Origin: Octopus bimaculoides
Taxonomy: Eukaryota
Length of the DNA: 64,000 nt
NCBI RefSeq assembly: GCF_001194135.2
Contig: NC_068985.1
Coordinates: 30,505,992-30,569,991 of the forward strand
Direction: 5' to 3'
Position 1 is the stretch's first letter; the number at the start of each line of letters is the position of its first letter. The notes beneath the pieces are model-generated. The model ran no database searches, had not been told where the DNA came from, and saw nothing but the letters and a program-made list of their open reading frames with translations. A program made the position numbers and the translations under genes. Of the stretch, positions 26,870 through 39,884 are shown one piece after another.

Positions 26870-27129
26870 TATATGCGTTTGTATGTATTTTCCTAAGTGT
26901 ATTTCCAATTATTCCAAACGGATGAGTGTGACTTGGTGCACGTGTACACATGTGGGTGATTCTGAAATGATTACTGTCACGAGTCTGTTAACTATATTGA
27001 AATCTTTCACTCACTTTTAACTCGTCTAGCTATCACTATGACTGGGACATGCATATATTTACATTCATTAGCATAAGTTTAACGATGAGTGTTAATGTAA
27101 CAATGGGTGTGGAGCGGATGATACAGAGT

Positions 27130-27880
27130 TACCCACCCCTTTCCGTACCTCTGACATATCACCCGATATCGAATTTCACTTGAGTCAGCTTTCAAGCCAC
27201 GCACTACGACTTTCGCACCACTGCTTTTCAGGTTTGCTTGTTTGTTTGTTCCCTCCGCTTTTTTTTTTCTTTGAAATATTTTCTTCATATCCTCATCTCT
27301 ATTTTCATCCTTCCGTCAACATCATTTCGTTATGTTTCCATGATTTATTTTTTACTTTTTAATGCTTGTTTTTGTTGTTGTTCTTTTACTTCTGATAATT
27401 TAATCAGAAGAGGAGAGACAACAGTACTCATGACCTTCTCAGGACTTCCCAGACTAGTATGATCGATTCGATTGATCTCCAATATGAACACTCGTGTAGG
27501 TCGATGGCAGCGTGACAAATGTGGGTGGAGCGAGAATTTCAATGGAGCGATGTTATCGATAAGGATGGGATCACGTTTTTAGTGCGGGTTCTGGGATGCG
27601 AGAGAGAGAGAGAGAGTGCGTATGATAAAAACGAGATTAGTGTGAGAGGTAGGCCATCGTGCGGTTCGTATGTAGATGTTTACGATAAGAGAAATAGGGG
27701 TAATTTTAGTTGCTGCAGAAGAAGCAGAAAAATAAAATCTCAACATTTGTTCGCCACCGCCACCTCCAAACTCATACGGATCGAAAGAGTAGACCTAAAA
27801 ACGCCGCCCATGAAAGCGTCACCCAGGACAGACCTACCATCCCTTGCTCCCCTTTTAACTACGGTACTGAAGCAAGCTGA
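27130..27880 (-). promoter_or_regulatory. CpG-rich island, candidate promoter and long 5'UTR exon of a minus-strand gene
   Basis: Non-repetitive CpG-rich sequence with a ggaggtggcggtggcg stretch. Possible donors GG|GTGGGT or GG|GTAACT near 27130-27140 on the minus strand. Confidence 0.3.
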
Positions 27881-28685
27881 ATAACCTTCATCTCGATATA
27901 GTATAGGATGTTTGTGGATTGCCTATCTTAGTGAAATACCCATCTAATGCTCTTGGGTAAGAGATGAATACTGCAGCTTTCTATTTTCTAATCTCCCGTA
28001 TATGAAAAGCATTGTACTGCTTTATAAAAGAGGTAGCATATCGAATTATGGAGATGTAGGATACAGATAATCTGCTAGTCTCTTTGAATCGAATCTTCAT
28101 TGCAATTTTCGCTTTATTCACTCCGGTATTTCTGTTTAGTTTGATTTTTTTTTTTTCGTGATCCCATATGTGGAAATAAAACAATACATGGCAGATTCTA
28201 AGGGACAGATTCAGGATCTGAACATTTTCGACGGCAAGGATAAGAGAGCGTTTGTAACACAATGCTGAACAGCTCCAGGAAATGCACATACGAGCATGAA
28301 CACGCACACGCACACACACACACGCACGCACACACACACACACACACACNNNNNNNNNNNNNNNNNNNNNNNNNNNNNNNNNNNNNNNNNNNNNNNNNNN
28401 NNNNNNNNNNNNNNNNNNNNNNNNNNNNNNNNNNNNNNNNNNNNNNNNNTGAATGTAATTTGTAGAACTCTACACGTGCTCCCTTTCGGGTGGACGTATT
28501 GTGTCTAGTTCTGGAGATTATATTGCAAATCGACGGACTACGCTGACGATCCTGCAGATATTTATTTACGTAAATTTTAACAGGTTAATCGTTTTTTTAT
28601 TTAGTATTTTTTCATTTGTCTTGCCCTTTTGCAATCTGTTGTGTCGCTAAATCTTTACTGAGAACATATGTTTTTNNNNNNNNNN

Positions 28686-28739
<54 letters not shown>

Positions 28740-29482
28740 AATCAGCGCACAGACACACACATACACACACAGAGAAAGGCTGCCCAGTCATAGAGACTAT
28801 GCCAACATTGAGGTGCTGGAGCATAATATGGCCCTCTAAAATTCTGAATCTTGATGAACTATCCAACTTATGCCCACATGGAAGGCAAACATAAAATGAT
28901 GACGATGATGGTGACAATGAAGATGATGATGATGAGAATAGAGATGACGATATATAATCCCACTGTCCCATCCCTGTAGATCAGCATCCTCGTGTCTAAG
29001 AAAAATATTATTTCGACTCCATTTCTGTGCTGGGTTGTAGCCTATTTTAATTTTTACTCCATTCCTTCCTTAATGCCTGCAAGAAACTCATGATAACATA
29101 CAAGGGTTCATGCCAACTGTGTATATATCTACGTATGAATTACTAATAATATTTGAACGCGTGACAGAACTGTTATTAGCTAAGTTTATGTGATACCAGA
29201 TAATCAGCCAAAAACTTGTTAGTCTATGTCATTATTGTTACAATGTAATGACAACTAAAACACTTACCTTTTAAGAAACTCACCTACTTAGCTGTAAGTG
29301 GTTACTACACTTGTTGATAGTTTACTGCTTTAAGTACGGTCCATGTTAACCTAATGTAGATATTTCTTCATATGTTAGATAAATAATTTTAGTTTTCTGC
29401 AAGATCAATTCATATTTTCTACAAACAACACTCTATATCGTCAAACTGATTTTAACCAGAAATGAAAATACATCCATATATA

Positions 29483-29698
29483 TGAAGGGGTGCAGATAAG
29501 TACCTGGCTTTAAGAGTATCACTAAAGCCATGACTGGAGATCCAACCTTCCGAGTTCTTTTACAGGGCTTAGAAAAACTGAAAGACTGCTGCAATAAGTG
29601 TGTGAATCTGAGATGGGAATATGTTAAATGAAATCATAATTAACTGAACCTCCTGTATTTTCTTTTACCCAAAGCCAAGAACTTTTCAGAACCCCTCG
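29483..29698. mobile_element. Mariner-derived MITE (~216 bp)
   Basis: Imperfect TIRs tgaaggggtgcagataagtacctggcttt / aaagccaagaacttttcagaacccctcg with TA on both sides. TIR resembles the mariner at 49181. Confidence 0.8.
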
Positions 29699-30047
29699 TA
29701 CATGTGTGTGTGTGTTAGTGTGTGTGTGTGGTGTATGCATGCGCACATACACATGTGTATATATACATAATATATGTATGTATATCTATAAATAAGAAAT
29801 ATATATGCATATATACATACATACATACAAACATACATACATATATGTACATACATATATATGTATATACACATGAATATATGGGAACAGGACTCCACAG
29901 AACGTAAGCAACATGAAATACGAAATACGAAAACATGGAACACGAACTTTTTTTTTCGAACAACGAAAGACACAAACGGAAAACAAAACAAACGTAAAGA
30001 ACGACTCTTCATCAGTTGTTGGCTGTTTCTCTAGTCTCGTATTTCGA

Positions 30048-30087
<40 letters not shown>

Positions 30088-30089
<2 letters not shown>

Positions 30090-30362
30090 TGGTTGTCTAC
30101 TCCTTATGCAGAGTTTCACCACCTCCTGTAACTACACCTTAGCACCATCATAGCATCTGATGTGGCTTTTTAAACCAGACAATGTTCTGAAAATATACCC
30201 ACATAGATTGCACATCCGATTTGAACCACCAAGAGCTGCAGATGAGTTCTGATCTTTGTGGATCTGAAAATGTCTTTTGAGGCCTCCGTTAGAGGCCTCC
30301 TTCTGGCATATACTGCATTCAAAGGTGTGCACAGACATATAGGCAGAATAGTTGGTCCGTTT
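30088..30362 (-). mobile_element. 5'-truncated RTE-type LINE 3' end encoding two C2H2 zinc fingers, inserted in (TA)n
   Basis: FECSICQKEASNGGLKRHFQIH and MCNLCGYIFRTLSGLKSHIRC, then stop and short 3'UTR ending gagtagacaaccacca(TA)n. TA repeats on both flanks. Confidence 0.65.
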
Positions 30363-30970
30363 TCTATCTATGTATATATATATATTGTTACGAACGCCCG
30401 CACGCGAAGCACCTCCTTAACGAAGAGAGAACTCGCGCGCGCGCGAACGTCAAACGCTCAGTGAGTCGGTACAATCGCCTCGTCGTCGTAAGCGACGGAG
30501 TGCCAACAACAAGTAAAGACAGCAAATCTGTTGAAAGAAGGTAACAACTGGTAAACATTACAGTGATTTGTGTACAAAGAGTGAAATCATATAACTAAAA
30601 TCTCATATTACAAGATCAATATAATAATGATATATATNNNNNNNNNNNNNNNNNNNNNNNNNNNNNNNNNNNNNNNNNNNNNNNNNNNNNNNNNNNNNNN
30701 NNNNNNNNNNNNNNNNNNNNNNNNNNNNNNNNNNNNNNNNNNNNNNNNNNNNNNNNNNNNNNNNNNNNNNNNNNNNNNNNNNNNNNNNNNNNNNNNNNNN
30801 NNNNNNNNNNNNNNNNNNNNNNNNNNNNNNNNNNNNNNNNNNNNNNNNNNNNNNNNNNNNNNNNNNNNNNNNNNNNNNNNNNNNNNNNNNNNNNNNNNNN
30901 NNNNNNNNNNNNNNNNNNNNNNNNNNNNNNNNNNNNNNNNNNNNNNNGTAAAGGTTAGTTCTTCGTTGCA

Positions 30971-31660
30971 GTCGAGGGTCACCAGTTGTAACGGTTGTTG
31001 TTAAGGTGTATGTTTCCAGTATGTAAGATAGAAGAACAGTGATTGAAGTTGTAAAGAGATATTTATTTACTGTTACTTTGTATATATCCAAAACCACGAC
31101 GGGTTAGTATGCATAACTAGTAAACGGGAAAGCATGCGAGGTAAAAAGAGTTAACTTCGGCCGGTATGTGTGTACACGATCTCATAGTAGTATACATAGA
31201 GAGATATGTTAATGATACAGAGAAAAGAAAATGAGTTAGTGAAAGTGAGAGTGGTGGGCCGAAACAACTGCTTCGTTGGTGAATTACCATAGTTGCCCCT
31301 TTGTGCCTTTTTCCTTTAGTGACGGCATTTTGTTCAGCCGGTCAGCCAGACTCAGTTCTCACTGACTGACTTTGCCTTACGAAGTTCTTGTTTGTATAGC
31401 TATCCAAAACCATCCAGAAGAATAGACGTATTGTTGAGAACCACAGATTTCGTTGGCGGTCCGCTATCTCTATTCTAGCTTTTGGTGGCCTAGAAGAGGT
31501 TAGAAGGGTCAAGTGGTAATGACATTATTCTGCTTAGCGGAGACTTCTGGCAAATGTAACTGCTGTCACTCACAGAAAAACTATTGTTTTACCTTGACAA
31601 AAGTGCTGTTGAACTGTTAAGTGAAATTTGGCTATCGAGGATCGAATCCACGCCATGTCT
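30971..31660 (-). mobile_element. Gypsy-type 5' LTR (30987-~31660) with primer-binding site (30971-30984)
   Basis: Minus-strand LTR ends ...aaccgttaCA followed by acTGGTGACCCTCGAC, similar to the tRNA-Trp PBS TGGTGACCCCGAC. AATAAA and TATA-like tatacaaac present on the minus strand. Shares motifs with the LTR at 38825. Confidence 0.7.
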
Positions 31661-32147
31661 GTATGAATCACTACATATATATAATGTATGTATACACACA
31701 TATATATAATGTATGTATGTGTATGCACATACGTATGAATGTACCTATGTATGTATGTATGTATGTTTGTATGTATGTATGTATGTATGTGTTTCTCTGA
31801 AATAAAGACAACACAACCAATTTACTATGAAATGTATTGCTTTCTTTTTTCTTGGCCATTGGATTATCCATTATGACAGAGAAAAAGTATGAATTATTCG
31901 GCAATCTCACTGTACTGCTGGTACATATTTTGTAAATTCTGAACAGGTAACATAACAGAGTTTACCTCGTTGAGATTCGAGCTCTGTATTTAGATCTGCA
32001 GTTTCTAACTTTTATCCTCACTCTTATCTGTGACTTACCAATGGAACGTACGTAACATTTCAGAACTTTTCTCCCAGGAATATATCCCTAAGTTACGTAC
32101 ATAATAAAAGTGTTGGAGATTTGTATGTCCCCTGTGGTTTATTATCG

Positions 32148-32375
32148 TTTACTTTTTGCTTATTTCAGTCATTGGAGTGCGGCTATGCTGGGGCACCACT
32201 TTGAAGGGTTTTAGTTGAACAAACTGAAACCCAGGGCATGCTTTTAAAGCTTGGTGCTTATCCTATCGATCTCTTTTGCCGAATTGCAATGTTACCGAGA
32301 GGGAAACAAACCGACACTGGTTGTCAAGCGGAGTGAGATGGACAAACACAGACACAAATACACACGTGTGTACAT
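32148..32375 (-). mobile_element. Diverged SINE A 3' half
   Basis: tttactttttgcttatttcagtcattggagtgcggctatgctggggcacc...ttgtcaagcgg. Confidence 0.75.
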
Positions 32376-32388
32376 ACATACATGCATG

Positions 32389-33345
<957 letters not shown>

Positions 33346-33349
33346 TTCT

Positions 33350-33600
33350 GTTTCTTCAATTCAAATTGTTTTGATGCACCATGACACATTTTACGCCAGG
33401 CAGATCGATCTAGGCAATGACTTTCCCAAGATGTCAAATTAAACTGTAGAAATTTTAGTGATTGCTTCAACTTATCCTTATACCGAAGGATGGGTTTTCC
33501 TTTACTTGTTGGTCTTACTATAGAATTTTCAGAATGCGATCATCATTCCTTCGAACAACACGTCCTACTCTCTGTACTGAATTCTCAGCAGCATTCTTTT
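33350..33600 (-). mobile_element. RTE LINE ORF C-terminal fragment abutting the PLE
   Basis: RVGRVVRRNDDRILKIL / KPILRYKDKLKQSL / WESHCLDRSAWRKMCHGASKQFE. Confidence 0.75.
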
Positions 33601-33755
33601 AAGATTGGAAATATCATATTTTTCTAAGATTTTGATATTTCATAGCTTATCTTGCCTTTTTATGTTGCAGATATTGAGCAGACAGCACATGTGGAAGGGT
33701 TCAAGTTCCTTTATGTCTATAGTAGAAAGTTCATGCTTCTGTCCTATACAAATGT

Positions 33756-33786
<31 letters not shown>

Positions 33787-33799
33787 TGATAATAATAAT

Positions 33800-34320
33800 A
33801 ATGCTTTCAAATTTTGGCACAAGACCAGCAACTTCGAGGGAGGGGTAAGTCAATTACATCGACCCAGTGTCTAACTATCATTCTATCGACCCAGAAAGGA
33901 TGTGTAGTAACGCATGCGTAGTCATCAATATCCAAGTTTGGCGCCGATATTCATTCTCTTTTCTCGCCGGCCGACGAAGAGGTAACACAGGTCCAACAGA
34001 GCTCTCTCACATGAGCGTGGTCGTATCAAGCTGTCTCTCCAACATTCCAACTCTGGGGACAGCTCACAACAACATTCCGGCGTCTCAGCAACCAGTTTAA
34101 GGCTGCCTATTTTCCTCCATAAATAAATATTGTTCTGTTGATAGTTCAGAGTTCTGCGTTTCGTTGTTATTTAGAATTTAATATAGGAAAGCGGGTGTAC
34201 ACCTAATGGTGTATAACCACTTTCCTAAAGATGAAAAGTAAAGTCGACCTCAGAGGAATATGAACTCAGAACACAACGACGGACGAAATGCCCCTAAGAA
34301 TTCTGCCGGCTCGCTGCCTT
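33800..34320 (-). mobile_element. SINE B copy interrupted by a solo LTR
   Basis: Left part tttcaaattttggcacaag...cccagaaaggatg and right part gatgaaaagtaaagtcgacctcagaggaatatgaactcag are contiguous in the SINE B consensus. Confidence 0.85.
33903..34229 (+). mobile_element. Gypsy-type solo LTR (327 bp), 4-bp TSD GATG
   Basis: Starts TGTAG, ends CTAAA (inferred consensus CTACA), contains AATAAA, GATG on both sides. Inverted homolog at 39576-39884. Confidence 0.85.
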
Positions 34321-34355
34321 GATGATGATGATGATGATGATATAATAATAATAAT

Positions 34356-34552
34356 CCTTTCTACTATGGCAAAAGGCCTGAAATTTTGTGGGCGGGGACT
34401 AGTCAATTACATCGTCTCCAGTGCGTAACTGGTACTTTATTTATTGACCCCAAAAGGATGAAAGGCAAAGGTGACCTTGGCGGAACTTTCCGCCGAGGTC
34501 GACTTTTCCTTTCATCCTTTCGTGGTCGATAAATTAAGTACCAGTGAAACAC
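34356..34552. mobile_element. Two partial SINE B copies fused in inverted orientation (fold-back)
   Basis: ...gtgaccttggcggaa ct ttccgccgaggtcgac... with arms of about 58 bp. Confidence 0.85.
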
Positions 34553-35429
34553 TATTGCATTTTAATCTATGGTACAACAGAAATATTAGTCGTCTAAACT
34601 TTTACAAAGATATAGGGTTTGGTGACTAAGTTCATAGAATAATTTAATTAGATCGTGTAATTACTTTGTGTTGAACGTACAATCAATCGGCCTCTTTACT
34701 TTGTGCTCATTTTTTAATGTTATTGTTGACTTGCTTATTTGGTCGTATGATGAGAGTAATTATGTAATCAGGAACAATTATCTGACGCTGATATGTTTAT
34801 ATCGGAAAATTCTCTGCTACTTGCTTCCGACATTTACATTATATTTAGTTTGAAAATAAATTGATAAATAGATAGCTAATTTTTTTTCGTTTTTATTTTC
34901 GTTTTCTGTTTTCATATCCTTTTGATATTTTTAATTCCCCAAAGTAAAAACAGTTTTCACTCCGAGAACCAGCTTTTAACAATTTGACATTTTCATATCC
35001 ACACGCATTGCTTTTTCTTGTTTTCTAAATAAAATTCTGAAAAGTGACCTTGACCATGTAGCAATTAAAACCAGCTTAGTGAGTTAAACGAATGAAGTTA
35101 GTTGAATGTTACTTGTCTATATATATATATGGGTGCTTCTACGTGGATATTTATTCGTTTTCGATATCCTCATGAGAATTTCTGCTGGCCGAATAGTTAG
35201 GGTTGTTGGCAAGAAGCAGTTTGCGATCCAGCATCATAGTTGCACAGTATTCCAGGCAGAGTCTAAACGGTCCAGGCAATCGATATGCGAATATAAAACG
35301 CAGGAAGACGTAGTTCATCAGTGTGTATGTGTGTGTGTGAAGGGTTTTCATTCAGTTTCCGTCTACTAAAACCGCAAGGCATTTTTGGCCCGGGACAATA
35401 ATAGACGTAAGTGCAGGAACGAAATTTGT

Positions 35430-35669
35430 GGATCTTTTTTAAAACGGGGGCCACATTTTTCATTAACGAAGCACTTTGAAACTTGGAACACTGGTAGAAT
35501 GTGTCATATAAAACATCTTATTCTCTTAGTCTTCTTAAAAAAAAAAGAAATCCATAAATTATTCCATGTTAAAGTTGTCGTATTTCTGTAATTTCAACCA
35601 ATCACTGACGTCCATTCAGCCGATATACATTAAGTGCCGACTACATAAACAAACGATTCTGAAACAATT
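35430..35669. mobile_element. Partial second copy of the GGATC-TIR MITE (remainder in gap), inverted relative to the 40504 copy
   Basis: ggatcttttttaaaacgggggcc...ttcattaacgaagcactttgaaacttggaacactggtagaatgtgtc...ttcaaccaatcactgacgtcc is the reverse complement of 40930-41166. Confidence 0.85.
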
Positions 35670-36169
35670 NNNNNNNNNNNNNNNNNNNNNNNNNNNNNNN
35701 NNNNNNNNNNNNNNNNNNNNNNNNNNNNNNNNNNNNNNNNNNNNNNNNNNNNNNNNNNNNNNNNNNNNNNNNNNNNNNNNNNNNNNNNNNNNNNNNNNNN
35801 NNNNNNNNNNNNNNNNNNNNNNNNNNNNNNNNNNNNNNNNNNNNNNNNNNNNNNNNNNNNNNNNNNNNNNNNNNNNNNNNNNNNNNNNNNNNNNNNNNNN
35901 NNNNNNNNNNNNNNNNNNNNNNNNNNNNNNNNNNNNNNNNNNNNNNNNNNNNNNNNNNNNNNNNNNNNNNNNNNNNNNNNNNNNNNNNNNNNNNNNNNNN
36001 NNNNNNNNNNNNNNNNNNNNNNNNNNNNNNNNNNNNNNNNNNNNNNNNNNNNNNNNNNNNNNNNNNNNNNNNNNNNNNNNNNNNNNNNNNNNNNNNNNNN
36101 NNNNNNNNNNNNNNNNNNNNNNNNNNNNNNNNNNNNNNNNNNNNNNNNNNNNNNNNNNNNNNNNNNNNT

Positions 36170-36535
36170 TTCATCCGTCTCTACGTTCTGAGTTCAAATT
36201 CCGACGAGGTTGACATTACTTTTTATTCTTTCAGGGTCGATAAAATAAGTTCCTGTTGGACACTGGGGATCGATGTAATCGACTTATCCCCTCCCTGAAA
36301 TTCCTGGCCTTGTGCCAAAATTTGAAATCAATATCTAAACAAAACGCGCCGGGTGAAATGCTTAGTGGCATTTCGTCAGTCTTTACGTTCTGAGTTCGAA
36401 TTCCGCCGGGGTCAACTTTGCCTTTCACCCTTTCGGGGTCGATAAAATAAGTACTAGTTGAGCACTTGGGTTGATATGCTCGACTTTCCCCCTTCCACAA
36501 AGTTGTTGGCCTTGCGCCAAAATTTGAAACCAATT
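36170..36535 (+). mobile_element. Two tandem 5'-truncated SINE B copies
   Basis: gttctgagttcaaattccgacgagg... and gttctgagttcgaattccgccgggg..., each ending ccaaaatttgaaa. Confidence 0.85.
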
Positions 36536-38824
36536 GCAAAAGAAACACCTGTTTAATAGTAATAATAATAATAATAATAATTATTATTATTATTATTATA
36601 TTTGTAGCGTATGGATTTAATTCATACGTCGGAGTTACCTATCGTAGCGTACGGATGTAAAGTTACTTGATGTAGATATAGCGATTCTTATTCTGCGTCG
36701 GAGTCGCTATACGTAGATGGTCGAAAGTAGGACGAGACAGCGTAATGACAACACCGAAGAGAAAAGAACCTGATGGGGATGTTCGAGAACAAAGAAATGG
36801 ATATCCTTTATCTAGCTTAAGCTTAAAATGACCTGTCCGATTCTACTTACACAAAGAAACTAAGATAAAGGAGATAGGTGACCTCGTAAATCTTCAAGTC
36901 CTGAAGTCGAAAAAAGAAAAAAATGTATCAAAATTTAGGTTACAGTTTAGATTCTTAACTATGAATCCAGGAAACCAGGTCTTACATATTTGTACATCAA
37001 TTAAATCAGATAAATCCAAATGTAATGTTTCAATTCAGTTCAAAAATGGTTCTACGCTTGATTGTTTTGGCGATGAACTTTTTCAGGAAGATGTCCAAAG
37101 CGTTTTCATTGACTCTAAAAATTTTCTGAGGTGTGCTTTTAGCCCCTGTGCCCCCTGTTCTCGAGCTCATGATAGTAGAAGACACTTACCCAAGGTACTA
37201 CGCAGTGGGACTGAACCTGCAACATGGTTACGAAGCGGGCTTCATAACTAAACAATCATATCGGTGCCTCCACTTTGTGGAATTTTCTTGGACAAGAATA
37301 GGAGTAACTATCAGAGACGATTTTCTTGTAGTTTTTCTCTCAAAATTTATATTTAATGTCATATGATTTTCCCCCTCGAATGGATTGTTTTGATAGTACG
37401 TCAAAAAAACAGTCTACATAAGTTTACATTTAAATTACCGACAAGCTAACAACCTGCAACATCTTATGTGATTCAAAAAACACTCGACTGTTTCCACACA
37501 ATAGGGTGATTTTGTCTGTAATATTATTGATATGTGTATGAAAATTTAATCAGAAAGTTACAATAAGGAGTTCTTTTTAATTACTTTCTTTCGGGATTTT
37601 TCATGGGTAAATAACGCGTTGCGGTGTCGTTACTTTATCTTTCAATATTCTCATACGTAGATTTATGTGGATCTATTCCATTTCAATCACAGATTTTTTA
37701 ATTAATTTTTTTAAAACTAAACAGTTTGAAACTTCGTGATTGAGATGGAATAGATCCTATGTGGATCATAGACCCATTTATGTTTCAATGAATATGTTAT
37801 TTGAATTCATGACCCTAATCATTTCATTTATGTGAATATATCCTTAAGCTGGATTTACCAATGAGCTATTGTAATTTGAAGATTGTTGCTCTATCCAGTA
37901 AACAACCCAGAGGTAATAAAACCTGAAAGACAGACGTTTTTAACACCTTTCAGTGTGTTTAAAATCACAAACATAATCTTTCATACACGAACAGACAGAC
38001 ACACACGCACACATGCACACTGTAAGGAAAGGAGTTTAATCTGGGTATAATAGGTAAAAATTAAGTCAAGAAATAAAAGAAGCGATTTATTATATTAATA
38101 ACCGTATAGTACAATGTACTGAACAACCTTATTACTTATACAACGAAAAGATATAGAAAAAAAATTATCAAAGGTAAATATATATTTCCGAAATCTTTTA
38201 TGCTAATTTAAAGCATAAATGAATATAGTATAGATGGAGATAACGTGACGGGGGTTGGTTCGCCCCGGGTGACACTTCTGTGGGTACAGCTTTCTTATGT
38301 ATGTTGTATTAGCCTGTATAAGTTTGGGGCCCCGGGTGCGTGGACTACAAATTGAAGGACTGCGCCAGGCGGTACGCACATCTAACTAAGCCACTGGTTT
38401 TAATCAGAGGGTCAGGTGAGAGGAGAAGGCAACTGAAATGTGAGTGCAAATAGGTCAATGGAAACGAGTATCACAGATTTTGTGTCACTTGTTTAAACCA
38501 GAGGTAATAAAAGCTCAAATTGTAAAAACTTAAATCGCAGAGACATCCATGACTAACATGCTCTGAATACGCGCAATATCTAATATTTTTGGATTCTCTA
38601 TATAATTGTTCGACCAACTAGGAAGAACAACCAAATCTCCATTAAAACTACACCCTACTATGAAAAGGGAAGGACACATTGAACAATATAGTGCCTGATA
38701 TGTGAATAATACTCCAATTACTCATCACTTGTACCTTAAAGTGGATCAGTAACTGATTAGCGCTCAAATATCCTCTAATCTTGAAAAAGGAAGCTTAGTT
38801 GTTATTAAGTTTGGTAATATTATA

Positions 38825-39356
38825 TGTAACGGTTATAGGATTGCACGATGAAGATCAATTTTTATAAGAAAATATTTATTTATGCCGTTACATTCTAGGT
38901 TGCCATACCACGACGGGTAGGCCAGTGTAATAGTATATAAAACATGCAAGGTTGAGAATGTAGGCCTGTATCTGTATGTTCCTTCTTTTATAGCAGTAAT
39001 TGTATAGAGGGAGAGATGGTAGGGTTATAATGTTGGCGCCGTTGTCTGACAGTGGCTGACAGTAAAGTTATTTCTCCCTCTGCCAAGTTGTAGCTGATCA
39101 GCCAGGCATCTTTCTCCATAAGACGTCAAGTGACCACTGGTCACTAGAAAGTGAAAAGAGGAAGTTTTCTTGAAGTGTCCTGTTTATATAGCCATGAAGC
39201 AGGGCAGTGAGTGCAAAGGATTTAGCTTGTTTACCTCAATTCTAGATGGAGCAGAAGAGGTCAGAAAAGGGTCAAGTGGTGGAGACCGCTTCGGCCTAGC
39301 TATTCAAATATGGGTAAAGTGGATCTAATCCACTTCACGCCTGCCAGGTTCCTATA
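38825..39356 (-). mobile_element. Solo LTR (~530 bp), same broad family as the 30987 LTR
   Basis: Starts tgtaacggtt on plus and shares atatttattt, accacgacgggt, agaagaggt.agaa(a)gggtcaagtgg and ggatc.aatcc with the 30987 LTR. Minus-strand TATA (ggctatataaac) and AATAAA. TATA flanks compatible with a 4-bp TSD. Confidence 0.7.
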
Positions 39357-39575
39357 TATATATATGAAATGCGAGGCTTAGCATTTTGTCTTGTGTACAT
39401 ATTTGTCCATACAAACTGTGTGCTGTGAAATTTTGTTACTTGATACTTCTAAATATTTCAACGATTTTTAAAATACAATTCCTACTCATATTCAATTATA
39501 AAAATATTTATTTAAACATCGAATGGCTATGTGGGTCAAGTAAAGTAAAACAGGAATCAAAGGGGTCCATAGGCA

Positions 39576-39884
39576 TATAGGAAAGTGGTTATACACCATT
39601 AGGTGTACACCTGCTTTTCTATATTAAATTCTAAATAATAACGGAACGCAGAACTCTGAACTATCAACACAACAATATTTATTTATGGAGGAAAATAGGC
39701 AGCTTTAATCTTGGTTGCTGAGACGCCGGAATGTTGTTGTGAGCTGTCGCCAGAGTTGGAATGTTGGAGAGACAGCTTGACATGACCATGCTCATGGCCG
39801 CCCGGCCGGGAAAAAAGAGAGAATCAGGGCGCCAAACTTGGATATTGATGACTACGCATGCGCACGAGACAAGGCGTTACTACA
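39576..39884 (-). mobile_element. Gypsy-type solo LTR (309 bp), 4-bp TSD GGCA
   Basis: Reverse complement of 33903-34229 with indels. Ends CTACA on plus. GGCA at 39572-39575 and 39885-39888. Confidence 0.9.

Noticed and set aside
30132-30338. C2H2 zinc-finger host gene
   Set aside because: Truncated, bounded by TA repeats, with a LINE-like 3' end and no splice acceptor. Better explained as a LINE tail.
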